The position numbers and the translations under genes were made by a program. DNA of 64,000 bases from Sphingomicrobium sp. (lineage in GTDB: Bacteria; Pseudomonadota; Alphaproteobacteria; Sphingomonadales; Sphingomonadaceae). The first letter of the stretch is position 1; each line of letters begins with the position of its first letter. Shown here one piece after another: positions 19,473 to 28,734 of this stretch. Under the pieces are notes generated by a model, which worked only from the letters and a program-made list of their open reading frames with translations, searched no databases and had not been told where the DNA came from. Location: contig DATLMM010000063.1 in NCBI GenBank assembly GCA_035537335.1, positions 1,576 through 65,575 on the forward strand, given 5' to 3'.

Positions 19473-22400
19473 ATGAAAAAGATCTCGTTGCTGGGAACAA
19501 CGTCCCTGCGCACCTTTGCAACCGTCGGTCTGGTGTTCGGTATTGCCGGCGTTGCCAACGCTCAGGAGACCCCAGCAGAGACGCCAACTCCCGACAGTCA
19601 GCAGACTGCCGGCGAAGACGCTCCCGAGACTCTTGGATCTGAGGTCGAGGCACAATCGGGCGAGAATGCAAATACCTCCGACGAAATCGTCGTCACTGGA
19701 TCGCGCATTCGACGGCCCAACCTCGAGTCGACCGTTCCGGTCACGTCGATCGGCGGTGAAACCCTCTTTCAGCAGGGTGATGCCAACATCGGCGACACGC
19801 TCAACGAATTGCCGCAGCTTCGCAGCACGTTCGCCCAGCAGAACCCGGGTCTGGGGATCGGCATTGCCGGCCTTAATCTCCTCGACCTGCGTGGCCTTGG
19901 TACGCAGCGCACGCTAGTGCTGGTGAATGGCCGCCGACATGTTGCAGCCGACATCCTGAACAACGCTGTATCGCCTGACGTCAACTCGATTCCGAATGAT
20001 CTGATTGAGCGCATCGACATCGTGACGGGTGGCAATTCCGCCATTTATGGTTCCGATGCTATTGCTGGAGTCGTCAACTTCGTCCTCCGCCGAGACTTCG
20101 AAGGGCTGCAGATCCGCGGGCAAGCAGGTGTTTCGCCGCGCGGATTCGGCGGAAATCAGTACGTTTCCGCCATGTACGGCAAGAACCTCGCAGATGACCG
20201 TGCAAACATCACCGTGCATGGCGAATTCGCCAATCAGGAGCGTGTGTTCGGTTCCAGCCTGCCATGGCTTCGATCGGTCAACGGCCAGATTAACACGGAT
20301 GTCGATCCGGCCGGTCTGCCAAACGGTAGCGACGGCGTGGCAGACTTCACGTTCAACCGCGATGTTCGCAGTGCAACGAACAATCGCTTCGGCCTGATTC
20401 CGATCACTCAGTCCGCAGCAACGCCAGCTTGCGGAACGGGCATTGCAGCAAGCAACGGCCCTCCGTCCACCGTTGGAGGAAGTCCGTACAACTGCAACTT
20501 CTTGTTCGATCCGGCGGGCAATCTTGCAGCACAGACTGGGACGCGAGTTGGCGCAGGTCCGTTCGGCAGCTTCCTCGGCGGCAATGGGCAGACGGGTCGT
20601 GAGGGTCGGCTCTTCTCGGTGCAGCCTGAAGTACAGCGCTACAACTTGAACCTGCTTGCACATTTTACGATCAACGACGCAATCGAGCCGTTCGTTGAAG
20701 CCAAGTGGAACCGGGTCAACGCCCTCGGGAACAATGCCGGCCCGTCGTTTATCCAAGGCACTTTCGGGCAATTCGATGCTCGCGAGCGTGTTCGCCTCGA
20801 TAATCCATTCTTGGACCTTTCCGAACGAACCACCATCGCCAACGCAATCCTTGCGTCCGGTTGCAATACCGATCTGTCAACGGCTTGCGGCACCCGCGCA
20901 TCGGTGTTCGGAACCGGCTTGGGTCGGAGCGGTGCGCTGAATGCAGTCGACCGGGCGGCGATCGCGAACGGAACATATCGGTTTGTCGTTGCTCGCAATC
21001 TCCTCGACGCAGGTATTCGCGATGAAGAAAACCAGCGTGATACTTACCGCATCGTTGGAGGATTGCGCGGCGACTTCAATGATGACTGGAACTACGAAGT
21101 CTCTCTGAACTATGGAAAGTTCAAAGAGAAGAAGACGACTTTTGGCTACCTCGACAGGCAGCGCTTTATGCTTGCGCTCGATGCTGGGGTAAATCCGCTT
21201 ACCGGGCAGATCCAGTGCCGATCGCAATTCGATCCAGCTGCTGCGGCCGCGTTCGATCGGGGCCAGTATCAGGTCAATGCTCCGACAGCTACGAACCCGA
21301 ACCCCAGCCGTGGCAACGCCGGCCAAGTCGGTCGGTTGGCCGCGGATATTGCTGCCTGTCAGCCGTACAATCCATTCGGTGGTAGCGACAACAGCGCTGC
21401 AGTGGACTACTTCAGCTACAATTCGCGCACTACTGGGTCGCTTCGGCAATTCGTTGCGACCGGCTTTGTTGGCGGTGACAGCAGCCAGTTGTTCGAGTTG
21501 CCCGGCGGACCTGTGCGCTTTGCACTTGGCGCGGAGTATCGGCGGGAACAGGGTGATTATACCGATGACCCGTTCACGAACGAGGGTAACCCACTTGCCA
21601 CTGACCCGAGCAGCGTCAACCCAGTGACTCAGACGAATACCAATGCGGTGGTCATTGGCCGGTTCAATCCAGACACCTTCAAGGTTCAGGAGGCCTTTGG
21701 GGAACTCCAGATTCCGATCGTAAAAGAAATCCCTCTCTTTCACGAGCTTACCCTTAGTGGCGCTGCTCGAGTCTCGAAGTACAACAAGGTTGCGGGGGAT
21801 GTAGGAACGGTTTGGACCTACAACGTCGGGGCGGATTGGGCACCTGTCAGGGACATCAGGTTCCGCGGAAACTACAGCAAGGCTGTCCGTGCGCCGAACC
21901 TGTCGGAACTTTACTTTCCGCCCGTGCCGAACTTCGCTCCGGGCTTCGTTGACCCATGCTCGTCCAACGTAATCGCCAACAATCCCAATCGCTCGAGTAA
22001 CTGCCAGGCCGATCTGGGCCCGCTGCTGGCTTCCATTCGCAACTCGGCGATCTCGCTGCCGGTCATCAGCGGCAGCAATCCTCTCCTCGGAGAAGAGACC
22101 TCCCGATCCATCACGCTCGGAGCGGTCGTGCAACCTCGCTGGGTGCCGGGGCTGTCCCTCAGCGTCGATTACTATAAGATCAAGGTGGAAGACGTGATCG
22201 TGTCGCTTACGGCTCAAGCGATTGCGAACAACTGCTATGATCAACCAAGCCTCAGCAACGTGTTCTGTTCCTTGTTTGACCGGAATCGTGGCACGGGACC
22301 CGACGGCTTCGGCCAGAACCCGGGCGAAATCTTGGGCAACACGCTCATTCAGGCAGGCGTCAACTTCGCAGCGCGCCGGCGTGAGGGTGTCGATGTGAAC

Positions 22401-22952
22401 GTTGCCTATCGCGGAGACTTGGGGAACCTCGCAAAGATTAACACCAACTTCATCTATACTCACAATATCAAGAACAGTAACTACGAGAACCCGGCCCTTC
22501 CCAAGTTCGAGAACCGCATCCTTAGCGAGTTGGGTGATCCTCGTGATGAGTTCCGTTGGGACACGGATCTCACGCGTGGCGCATTTACCTTTGGTTACCG
22601 GATGCGGTACATCGGCCCGATGCTCACCAGTCTGTACGAGAACTTCTACGAACTCGACACGGCTTGCAGCACGACGACTTGCCCGCCCAACAACTTGGAC
22701 GCAGCGGAGCCCAGGAAGTATGACGCGGTCTTCTACCACGATATCCGGTTCGAAGTAGATTTGAAGGATACGGCTGGTTTCGGTAAGCAGTTCTCCTTCT
22801 ACGCTGGTGTCGACAACCTTCTCGACACGCACCCGCCGCTGGGCCTGTCCGGCACGGGTACCACCGGCATCACCGATCGCGGTACCGGTAACGCGGCGAT
22901 CTACGACGCGTTCGGTCGGAAGGCATACGCGGGCTTCCGCGCACGCTTCTAA
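19473..22952 (+). CDS. TonB-dependent receptor 2 (paralog of receptor 1)
   Basis: Start MKKISLL behind AAGGA; signal peptide ANA/Q; DEIVVTGSRIRRPNLES; plug motifs; C-terminal RARF. Confidence 0.96.
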   Translation: MKKISLLGTTSLRTFATVGLVFGIAGVANAQETPAETPTPDSQQTAGEDAPETLGSEVEAQSGENANTSDEIVVTGSRIRRPNLESTVPVTSIGGETLFQQGDANIGDTLNELPQLRSTFAQQNPGLGIGIAGLNLLDLRGLGTQRTLVLVNGRRHVAADILNNAVSPDVNSIPNDLIERIDIVTGGNSAIYGSDAIAGVVNFVLRRDFEGLQIRGQAGVSPRGFGGNQYVSAMYGKNLADDRANITVHGEFANQERVFGSSLPWLRSVNGQINTDVDPAGLPNGSDGVADFTFNRDVRSATNNRFGLIPITQSAATPACGTGIAASNGPPSTVGGSPYNCNFLFDPAGNLAAQTGTRVGAGPFGSFLGGNGQTGREGRLFSVQPEVQRYNLNLLAHFTINDAIEPFVEAKWNRVNALGNNAGPSFIQGTFGQFDARERVRLDNPFLDLSERTTIANAILASGCNTDLSTACGTRASVFGTGLGRSGALNAVDRAAIANGTYRFVVARNLLDAGIRDEENQRDTYRIVGGLRGDFNDDWNYEVSLNYGKFKEKKTTFGYLDRQRFMLALDAGVNPLTGQIQCRSQFDPAAAAAFDRGQYQVNAPTATNPNPSRGNAGQVGRLAADIAACQPYNPFGGSDNSAAVDYFSYNSRTTGSLRQFVATGFVGGDSSQLFELPGGPVRFALGAEYRREQGDYTDDPFTNEGNPLATDPSSVNPVTQTNTNAVVIGRFNPDTFKVQEAFGELQIPIVKEIPLFHELTLSGAARVSKYNKVAGDVGTVWTYNVGADWAPVRDIRFRGNYSKAVRAPNLSELYFPPVPNFAPGFVDPCSSNVIANNPNRSSNCQADLGPLLASIRNSAISLPVISGSNPLLGEETSRSITLGAVVQPRWVPGLSLSVDYYKIKVEDVIVSLTAQAIANNCYDQPSLSNVFCSLFDRNRGTGPDGFGQNPGEILGNTLIQAGVNFAARRREGVDVNVAYRGDLGNLAKINTNFIYTHNIKNSNYENPALPKFENRILSELGDPRDEFRWDTDLTRGAFTFGYRMRYIGPMLTSLYENFYELDTACSTTTCPPNNLDAAEPRKYDAVFYHDIRFEVDLKDTAGFGKQFSFYAGVDNLLDTHPPLGLSGTGTTGITDRGTGNAAIYDAFGRKAYAGFRARF

Positions 22953-22977
22953 CTTCCGATAGCCAGGATAGAATTGC

Positions 22978-23009
22978 AGGGCCGGAGCAATAGCTCCGGC
23001 CCTCTTTTT
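22978..23009 (+). terminator. Intrinsic terminator after TBDR2
   Basis: AGGGCCGGAGC-AATA-GCTCCGGCCCT then CTTTTT. Confidence 0.8.
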
Positions 23010-23047
23010 CGTTGCGCTGACCCGGGCTCAGAGGCACAGGTCGATCT

Positions 23048-24004
23048 GTGTCAGTCATCAACCAAGCCCACCGAATGGTCGACATCGGGCGAGTCAGTGA
23101 CGCAGTTTCCCTGCTTCAGGCAGCCGGTTCTGCTAAGAACGCCGATGCACTTATGGAGCTTGCCGTCTGGCAGCTCGGCGGCCGGTACGTCCCACGTGAT
23201 CTTGCACTTTCACGCCAGAACTTCGGCAAGGCAGCCGCTCTCGGGCATCGGCAGGCTCAATCGATCTATCTAAATCTACTTGGTGTCGGCATCGGGGGAG
23301 TCCGGGACTGGGCCGCCGCGCTCGACCGGTTACAGAAACTCGGCCAAACCGACAACGATGCGCAGCGGCAACTTCGATTGCTGCAAGCGATGGCTCTCGA
23401 CGAGAACGGCGATCCGTTGCAACCGCCGTCAGGCGATCGCTTGAGCAAAAGCCCCGAAGTAGTGCGCTTTTCCGATTTGCTGACCGCTGAGGAATGCCGC
23501 TACCTCATCGACCGTGCGACCCCCGCCTTAGCGCCGGCGGTCGTGATCGATCCCGCGAGTGGCCGAACCGTTCCTCACCCGATCCGGACTTCAGAGAACG
23601 CGGGCTTTCCGTGGGTTGACGAAGATCCGGTGATCCATGCGCTGAACCGCCGAATAGCCGCTGCGAGCCTTACGCAGGCAAGCTGGGGCGAACCGCTGCA
23701 GGTCCTGCGCTATCGTCCGGGGCAGCAGTACAAACCGCATCACGACGCCATAGCTCAAGCCAAGAACCAGCGGATCATCACAGTCCTTGTTTACTTGAAC
23801 GAGGGCTACGTCGGCGGAGAAACCGAATTCCTCCACACCGGCCTACGGGTCGCAGGTCGCACTGGCGATGCCTTGCTGTTCCGCAACGCCGATAACAACG
23901 GAACGCCCGATCCGACGGCGGTCCACGCGGGACGGCCGGTCACCTCGGGCGAGAAGTTCCTCGCCACGAGGTGGATACATCAGCGGCACTTCGGCCCCTC
24001 CTAA
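23048..24004 (+). CDS. Sel1-like repeat + 2OG-Fe(II) oxygenase (prolyl 4-hydroxylase family)
   Basis: Sel1-like N-terminus (VPRDLALSRQNFGKAAALGH); EPLQVLRY..YKPHHD (HxD), LVYLN..GGETEF, HAGRPV..GEK..TRW. Confidence 0.88.
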   Translation: MSVINQAHRMVDIGRVSDAVSLLQAAGSAKNADALMELAVWQLGGRYVPRDLALSRQNFGKAAALGHRQAQSIYLNLLGVGIGGVRDWAAALDRLQKLGQTDNDAQRQLRLLQAMALDENGDPLQPPSGDRLSKSPEVVRFSDLLTAEECRYLIDRATPALAPAVVIDPASGRTVPHPIRTSENAGFPWVDEDPVIHALNRRIAAASLTQASWGEPLQVLRYRPGQQYKPHHDAIAQAKNQRIITVLVYLNEGYVGGETEFLHTGLRVAGRTGDALLFRNADNNGTPDPTAVHAGRPVTSGEKFLATRWIHQRHFGPS

Positions 24005-24019
24005 CGGGACCTCCGCCGC

Positions 24020-25426
24020 TCAGTACCGATAGTGCTCCGGCTTGAACGGGCCCTGCTGCTTCACGCCGATGTACGCGGCCTGCTTCTCAGACAACGTAGT
24101 CAGCTTCACGCCCAGCTTGTCTAGGTGAAGCGCCGCGACCTTTTCGTCGAGGTGCTTGGGTAGAACGTAGACGTCCTTGCCGTACTTGTCGGCACCCTGC
24201 CACAGTTCGATTTGGGCGAGCACCTGATTGGTGAAGCTAGAGCTCATTACGAAGCTTGGGTGGCCGGTGGCGCAGCCCAGGTTCACCAGGCGGCCCTTGG
24301 CCAGCACGATGATCTTCTTGCCGTCCGGGAATTCGACCTCGTCAACCTGCGGCTTGATCTCCGTCCACTTCATGTTGTTAAGGCCGGCGATCTGAATCTC
24401 GCTGTCGAAGTGGCCGATGTTGGACACGATCGCCATGTTCTTCATCGCCCGCATGTGGTCGAGGGTGATGACATCCATGTTACCGGTCGCGGTGACGAAG
24501 ATATCGGCGCGCGGCGCGGCCTCTTCCATCGTGACGACTTCATAGCCTTCCATGGCAGCCTGCAGCGCGCAGATCGGATCGACCTCTGTCACCAGCACGC
24601 GCGCGCCGCCATTGCGGAGCGAGGCGGCCGAGCCCTTGCCCACGTCCCCGAAGCCGGCAACGACCGCGACCTTGCCGGCCAGCATGACATCAGTGGCACG
24701 GCGGATCGCATCGACGAGCGATTCCTTGCAGCCATAAAGGTTGTCGAACTTCGATTTGGTGACGCTGTCATTGACGTTGATGGCTGGGAACGGAAGCTTA
24801 CCCTGCTTGGACAGCTCATACAGCCGGTGAACTCCGGTGGTGGTCTCTTCCGACACGCCCTTGATGTTCTGCACGGTCTGCGTGAGGTACCCCGGACGAT
24901 CCTTGAGGAACCGACGGAGGGTGGCGGCGAAGACCTCCTCCTCCTCGTTGGTCGCCTCGAACAGGGTCTCCCCTGCCTCTACCCGTGCTCCCCAGAGTGC
25001 GAACATTGTGGCGTCGCCGCCGTCGTCGAGAATCAGATTGCAGGTCTGATCCTGACCCCAATCAAAGATGCGCGCGACATAGTCCCAATACTCCTCCAGC
25101 GTCTCGCCCTTCACCGCGAACACCGGCACGCCCGTCCTGGCGATCGCAGCGGCGGCATGGTCCTGGGTCGAGAAGATGTTGCAGCTGGCCCAGCGGACAT
25201 CGGCGCCCAGAGCGGTCAGCGTCTCGATCAACACGGCCGTCTGAATGGTCATGTGCAGCGATCCGGTGATGCGCGCTCCCGTCAGTGGTTTGGACGCGCC
25301 ATATTCTGAACGCAGCGCCATCAGGCCCGGCATTTCCGTCTCGGCGATCTCGATCTCCTTGCGGCCGAAGTCAGCGAGGGAAAGATCCTTGACGAGGTAA
25401 TCGCGCTCAAGCGTCTGGGTAGCCAC
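24020..25426 (-). CDS. ahcY: Adenosylhomocysteinase
   Basis: [42 protein letters not shown]; GTG start behind GGAG. Confidence 0.98.
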   Translation of the reverse strand: MATQTLERDYLVKDLSLADFGRKEIEIAETEMPGLMALRSEYGASKPLTGARITGSLHMTIQTAVLIETLTALGADVRWASCNIFSTQDHAAAAIARTGVPVFAVKGETLEEYWDYVARIFDWGQDQTCNLILDDGGDATMFALWGARVEAGETLFEATNEEEEVFAATLRRFLKDRPGYLTQTVQNIKGVSEETTTGVHRLYELSKQGKLPFPAINVNDSVTKSKFDNLYGCKESLVDAIRRATDVMLAGKVAVVAGFGDVGKGSAASLRNGGARVLVTEVDPICALQAAMEGYEVVTMEEAAPRADIFVTATGNMDVITLDHMRAMKNMAIVSNIGHFDSEIQIAGLNNMKWTEIKPQVDEVEFPDGKKIIVLAKGRLVNLGCATGHPSFVMSSSFTNQVLAQIELWQGADKYGKDVYVLPKHLDEKVAALHLDKLGVKLTTLSEKQAAYIGVKQQGPFKPEHYRY

Positions 25427-25504
25427 GATGAGAGAACTCCATTTAGAAGGAAACCGCCAGCGCACTGGCGAGCGGTCGTTCGCCCGCGCCTAGCGCAGAG
25501 CAAC

Positions 25505-25524
25505 ATATAACGAAAGCTTTATAT
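25505..25524. promoter_or_regulatory. SahR-like 20-bp operator upstream of ahcY
   Basis: ATATAACG-AAAG-CTTTATAT, AT-rich near-perfect palindrome about 80 nt upstream of ahcY; resembles the SahR motif as recalled (ATATAAAG-N4-CTTTATAT). Confidence 0.65.
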
Positions 25525-25529
25525 GTGTT

Positions 25530-26102
25530 TCAGGCCGCGCCTGTCTCGCTCGACAACAGGCGCGGATCGACTCCTTCGCTGCGGAAAGCCGCGCCCCACC
25601 TCTCGTCCGTCGGCGTGTCCCACAGAATGGCGGGTCGGCCCTCCGCCGTGAACCAGCCATGGCGGGTCATCTCCTGTTCCAACTGGCCGCCGGCCCAACC
25701 TGCGTAGCCAAGCGCGATGATCCACTGGGCAGGTCCCCGTCCCTCCGCGATGGCCCGCAGCACGTCGACGGTACCCGTCATGGCACAAAGCGGCCCACCC
25801 GCACTGTTGACCTGCAACGTGTCCTCGCCGCCCCAGTCGGTCGAATGTAGCACGAAACCGCGGCCAGGCTCGACCGGTCCGCCATGGTGGACGGCGCAGT
25901 CGGGCGCTTCACCGGGGTCGAGGCCGAGTTGCTTGAGCAGGGCGCGAAAGCGAAGGCCGGCGCGCTTGTGACCGATGCCGACTCCCACGGCGCCATTTTC
26001 GTCATGAACGCAGACGGCGATCACCGCTCGCTCGAAGCGCGGATCGGCCATGCCGGGCATGGCGAGCAGAAGCTTTCCGGACAGGAACTGGGGCTGGTCC
26101 AT
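25530..26102 (-). CDS. YqgE/AlgH family protein
   Basis: LLLAMPGMADPRF, GGPVEPGRGFVLH, LGYAGW..GQLEQE; start moved to MDQPQF. Confidence 0.92.
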   Translation of the reverse strand: MDQPQFLSGKLLLAMPGMADPRFERAVIAVCVHDENGAVGVGIGHKRAGLRFRALLKQLGLDPGEAPDCAVHHGGPVEPGRGFVLHSTDWGGEDTLQVNSAGGPLCAMTGTVDVLRAIAEGRGPAQWIIALGYAGWAGGQLEQEMTRHGWFTAEGRPAILWDTPTDERWGAAFRSEGVDPRLLSSETGAA

Positions 26103-26204
26103 CCTGCCGTCCATGCCTCTTTGCTGGGGCCCGCTGCAACCCTTGCTGGCGGTAGCGTCGGCTTCTATCGGCTGAATGGACCTAATCACCAGGAGCTCCA
26201 TGCC

Positions 26205-26684
26205 ATGACCATCCAGATCGGCGATCGCCTGCCCGAAGTCCCGCTGACCATTGCCACCGGCGAAGGCCCTCGGCCGACCACCACCACCAAATATTTTGGT
26301 GGCAAGAAGGTGGCACTGTTTGCCGTCCCGGGCGCCTACACCCCGACTTGCTCGGCCAAGCACCTGCCCTCTTATGTCGAAAAGGCCGACGAGCTTAAGA
26401 GCAAGGGCGTGGACGAAATCGCCTGCACCAGCGTCAACGATGCCTTCGTCATGAGCGCCTGGAACCGTGAGGCAGGCAGTGAGCACATTACCATGCTGGC
26501 GGACGGCAATGGGCAGCTGGCCGACGCATTGGGTCTGACCATGGACGGCAGCAAGTTCGGCATGGGCACACGCTCGCAGCGCTATTCCATGATCGTGAAC
26601 GATGGCGTCGTCGAGCAGCTCAACGTGGAAGCGCCGGGCGAGTACCAGGCCTCCAGCGCCGAGACGATGCTGGGTCAACTTTAA
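26205..26684 (+). CDS. Peroxiredoxin (Prx5/type II)
   Basis: VPGAYTPTCSAKHLP, SVNDAFVM, RSQRY; AGGAG RBS. Confidence 0.94.
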   Translation: MTIQIGDRLPEVPLTIATGEGPRPTTTTKYFGGKKVALFAVPGAYTPTCSAKHLPSYVEKADELKSKGVDEIACTSVNDAFVMSAWNREAGSEHITMLADGNGQLADALGLTMDGSKFGMGTRSQRYSMIVNDGVVEQLNVEAPGEYQASSAETMLGQL

Positions 26685-26738
26685 GCAAAGCGTAGTAGTC
26701 GCCCGTCGCTGTTCGGCCTCTCCCTGGCGAGAAGACTT

Positions 26739-26763
26739 GCAACGACGGGCGGCGCTGCACGTT
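26739..26763 (+). promoter_or_regulatory. EcfG (general stress sigma)-like promoter
   Basis: GCAAC-N16-CGTT ending 33 nt before the Ser/Gly-rich gene; consensus GGAAC-N16/17-CGTT. Confidence 0.45.
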
Positions 26764-26796
26764 GAGCGGTCAGCAAACTTTTGCGAAATGAGGAGC

Positions 26797-27462
26797 ATGA
26801 CCGTGGCCAATAACGATCGAAACGACAGCAATACGACCAGTCAGCGTCGCACGACCGCCGAGAAAACCAACAAGAGCAACGAACGCGGCCGCTTTGCCGG
26901 CATCGGGCAGACCGTGAAGGATCGCCCGTATGCAGCGGCCGCCGTTGCGACGGCTGCCGCCGCGGCAGGCGCATTCTTCTTCTCTCGCCGCAGTGGCAGC
27001 TCAGGGTCCGCGGTCAAGTGGGGCCAGCAGTCCGACGGTGAGTCGCAGCGCGGCAGCTCAGCCGGAAGTGCTGGCAGCAGCTTCGCCCAAGGCTCGACCA
27101 GCCAGGACAGCCTGCTGGAAACCAGCAGCAGCAGCCCAAGCAGCAGCGCCGGCATTGGCGCGGGCACCGGCGGAAGCAGCCCGAGCGACCTGTCGAGCAG
27201 CACTTCCGGTAGCGGCAGCACGAGCGGCAAGAGCGGCAGCAGCGGCGTCTCGGGGTCGGACAGCAGCGACAATCTGAACACCGGCACCAACACCTCGTCG
27301 GGAGCGGGCAGCAGCACGAGTTCCACCTCCACAAGCGGTGGGAAGGGCTCGGCCAAATCGAGCAACACCGGCAGCCAGACTTCGTCGGCCAAGGGCAACA
27401 CTGGGCTCGACGAGACCTCCGAAGACCAGACTAAGACAGGTTCGATTGCCTACGGAGCCTAA
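26797..27462 (+). CDS. Ser/Gly/Thr-rich low-complexity protein with one hydrophobic anchor
   Basis: GAGGAG RBS; DRPYAAAAVATAAAAAGAFFFSRR segment followed by a long S/G/T-rich tail; terminator follows. Confidence 0.75.
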   Translation: MTVANNDRNDSNTTSQRRTTAEKTNKSNERGRFAGIGQTVKDRPYAAAAVATAAAAAGAFFFSRRSGSSGSAVKWGQQSDGESQRGSSAGSAGSSFAQGSTSQDSLLETSSSSPSSSAGIGAGTGGSSPSDLSSSTSGSGSTSGKSGSSGVSGSDSSDNLNTGTNTSSGAGSSTSSTSTSGGKGSAKSSNTGSQTSSAKGNTGLDETSEDQTKTGSIAYGA

Positions 27463-27485
27463 GGCTGGTTTCGACGGTTGAACGG

Positions 27486-27511
27486 AAAGGGGTGCTTCGG
27501 CGCCCCTTTTT
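27486..27511 (+). terminator. Intrinsic terminator
   Basis: AAAGGGGTGC-TTCG-GCGCCCCTTTTT. Confidence 0.75.
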
Positions 27512-27534
27512 GTTGATGAGAAGGAAGGATCGAT

Positions 27535-28614
27535 ATGGGCGCTGCGTTGAAGCCGCTGGGCGAACAGGTGATGGTGATCACGGGAGCCTCGAGCGGTATC
27601 GGGTTGGCGACGGCCCGTCGTGCCGCTGCGGCCGGGGCGAAAGTAGTGCTCGCCGCTCGCAACTCCGAAGCTCTGGACGAGGCCGTCGTCGCCATCCGCA
27701 ACAAGGGCGGGCAAGCAACGTCGGTCGACCTGGACGTTGCCGATGAAGGCGCGGCCGAGGAACTCGCGGCCAAGGCGATCGAGGAATTCGGCCGCATCGA
27801 CTGTTGGGTCAACGATGCCGCCGTTGCGCTGTACGCCCGCCTGGAGGAGGTGACGCTAGACGAGCACCGGCGCGTGTTCGACGTCGGCTACTTCGGCCTC
27901 GTCCGGGGCAGCCTGGTCGCGGCGCACCATCTGAAGGTTGCGGGCGGGGCGTTGATCAATCTCGGCTCCGTGCTCTCCAACCGGGCGATTCCGCTGCAGG
28001 GGCCGTATTGCGCAATGAAGGCGGCAGTCATGCAGTTCACCGATGCGCTGCGAATGGAACTGGAGGAGGAGGGCTCGCCCATATCGGTGACACTGATCAA
28101 GCCGTCCGGGATCGACACGCCATACCCCGAGCATGCCCGCAACAAGATGGGCAAGCCGGCGCGCCTGCCGCAGCCGCTGTACGACGTTGAGCTGGTTGCC
28201 AAGGCGATCTGCTTCGCCGCCGAGCACCGGCGGCGTCAGCTGATCGTCGGCGGCGGCGGTTTGGCCCTGACCACTCTCGCCCCTGCCCTGCCGCGCTTGG
28301 CGGACAAGGGCATGGAGCTTGTCGGCGACGAGGCCATGCAGACCACCGACGTGCCGCCCGCTCCCGGCACGAACGACAATCTGTTCGAGCCAAGAGCCGA
28401 TGGCCGGACCGAGAGCAATCAGCAGCCGTTCACTCGTCAGACCAGCCTGTTCCTGGAAGCGCAGATGCACCCGTTGGCTGCCACTGCGCTGGTCGGCGGA
28501 GTTGCAACGGCGATTGGCGGCGCGGCGTGGGCGTTTGGCCAACGAAGGCGCCGGGACGTCGGCGTGCGCGACGCCGAGCGGCGGATCCGCGCGGCGGGGA
28601 TGGTGGCGGAGTAG
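27535..28614 (+). CDS. SDR family oxidoreductase
   Basis: TGASSGIG Rossmann motif, YCAMK (YxxxK). Confidence 0.92.
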   Translation: MGAALKPLGEQVMVITGASSGIGLATARRAAAAGAKVVLAARNSEALDEAVVAIRNKGGQATSVDLDVADEGAAEELAAKAIEEFGRIDCWVNDAAVALYARLEEVTLDEHRRVFDVGYFGLVRGSLVAAHHLKVAGGALINLGSVLSNRAIPLQGPYCAMKAAVMQFTDALRMELEEEGSPISVTLIKPSGIDTPYPEHARNKMGKPARLPQPLYDVELVAKAICFAAEHRRRQLIVGGGGLALTTLAPALPRLADKGMELVGDEAMQTTDVPPAPGTNDNLFEPRADGRTESNQQPFTRQTSLFLEAQMHPLAATALVGGVATAIGGAAWAFGQRRRRDVGVRDAERRIRAAGMVAE

Positions 28615-28734
28615 AGGTCGAAGCTGAATAGGCCGTGAGGGCACCTCAGGCGGCGGCAGGCTGGCCGGCCTTCCGGCTCTCTCGGCTAAGCCGATCGCCG
28701 CTCCGCGACATCGGCCTAGCCTTTCGCCTTCAGG

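Noticed and set aside
25427-25500. SAH riboswitch upstream of ahcY
   Set aside because: Only a short hairpin (CGCCAG-CGCA-CTGGCG) is visible; I could not see the riboswitch consensus, and the operator-like palindrome explains regulation better. An Rfam scan would settle it.
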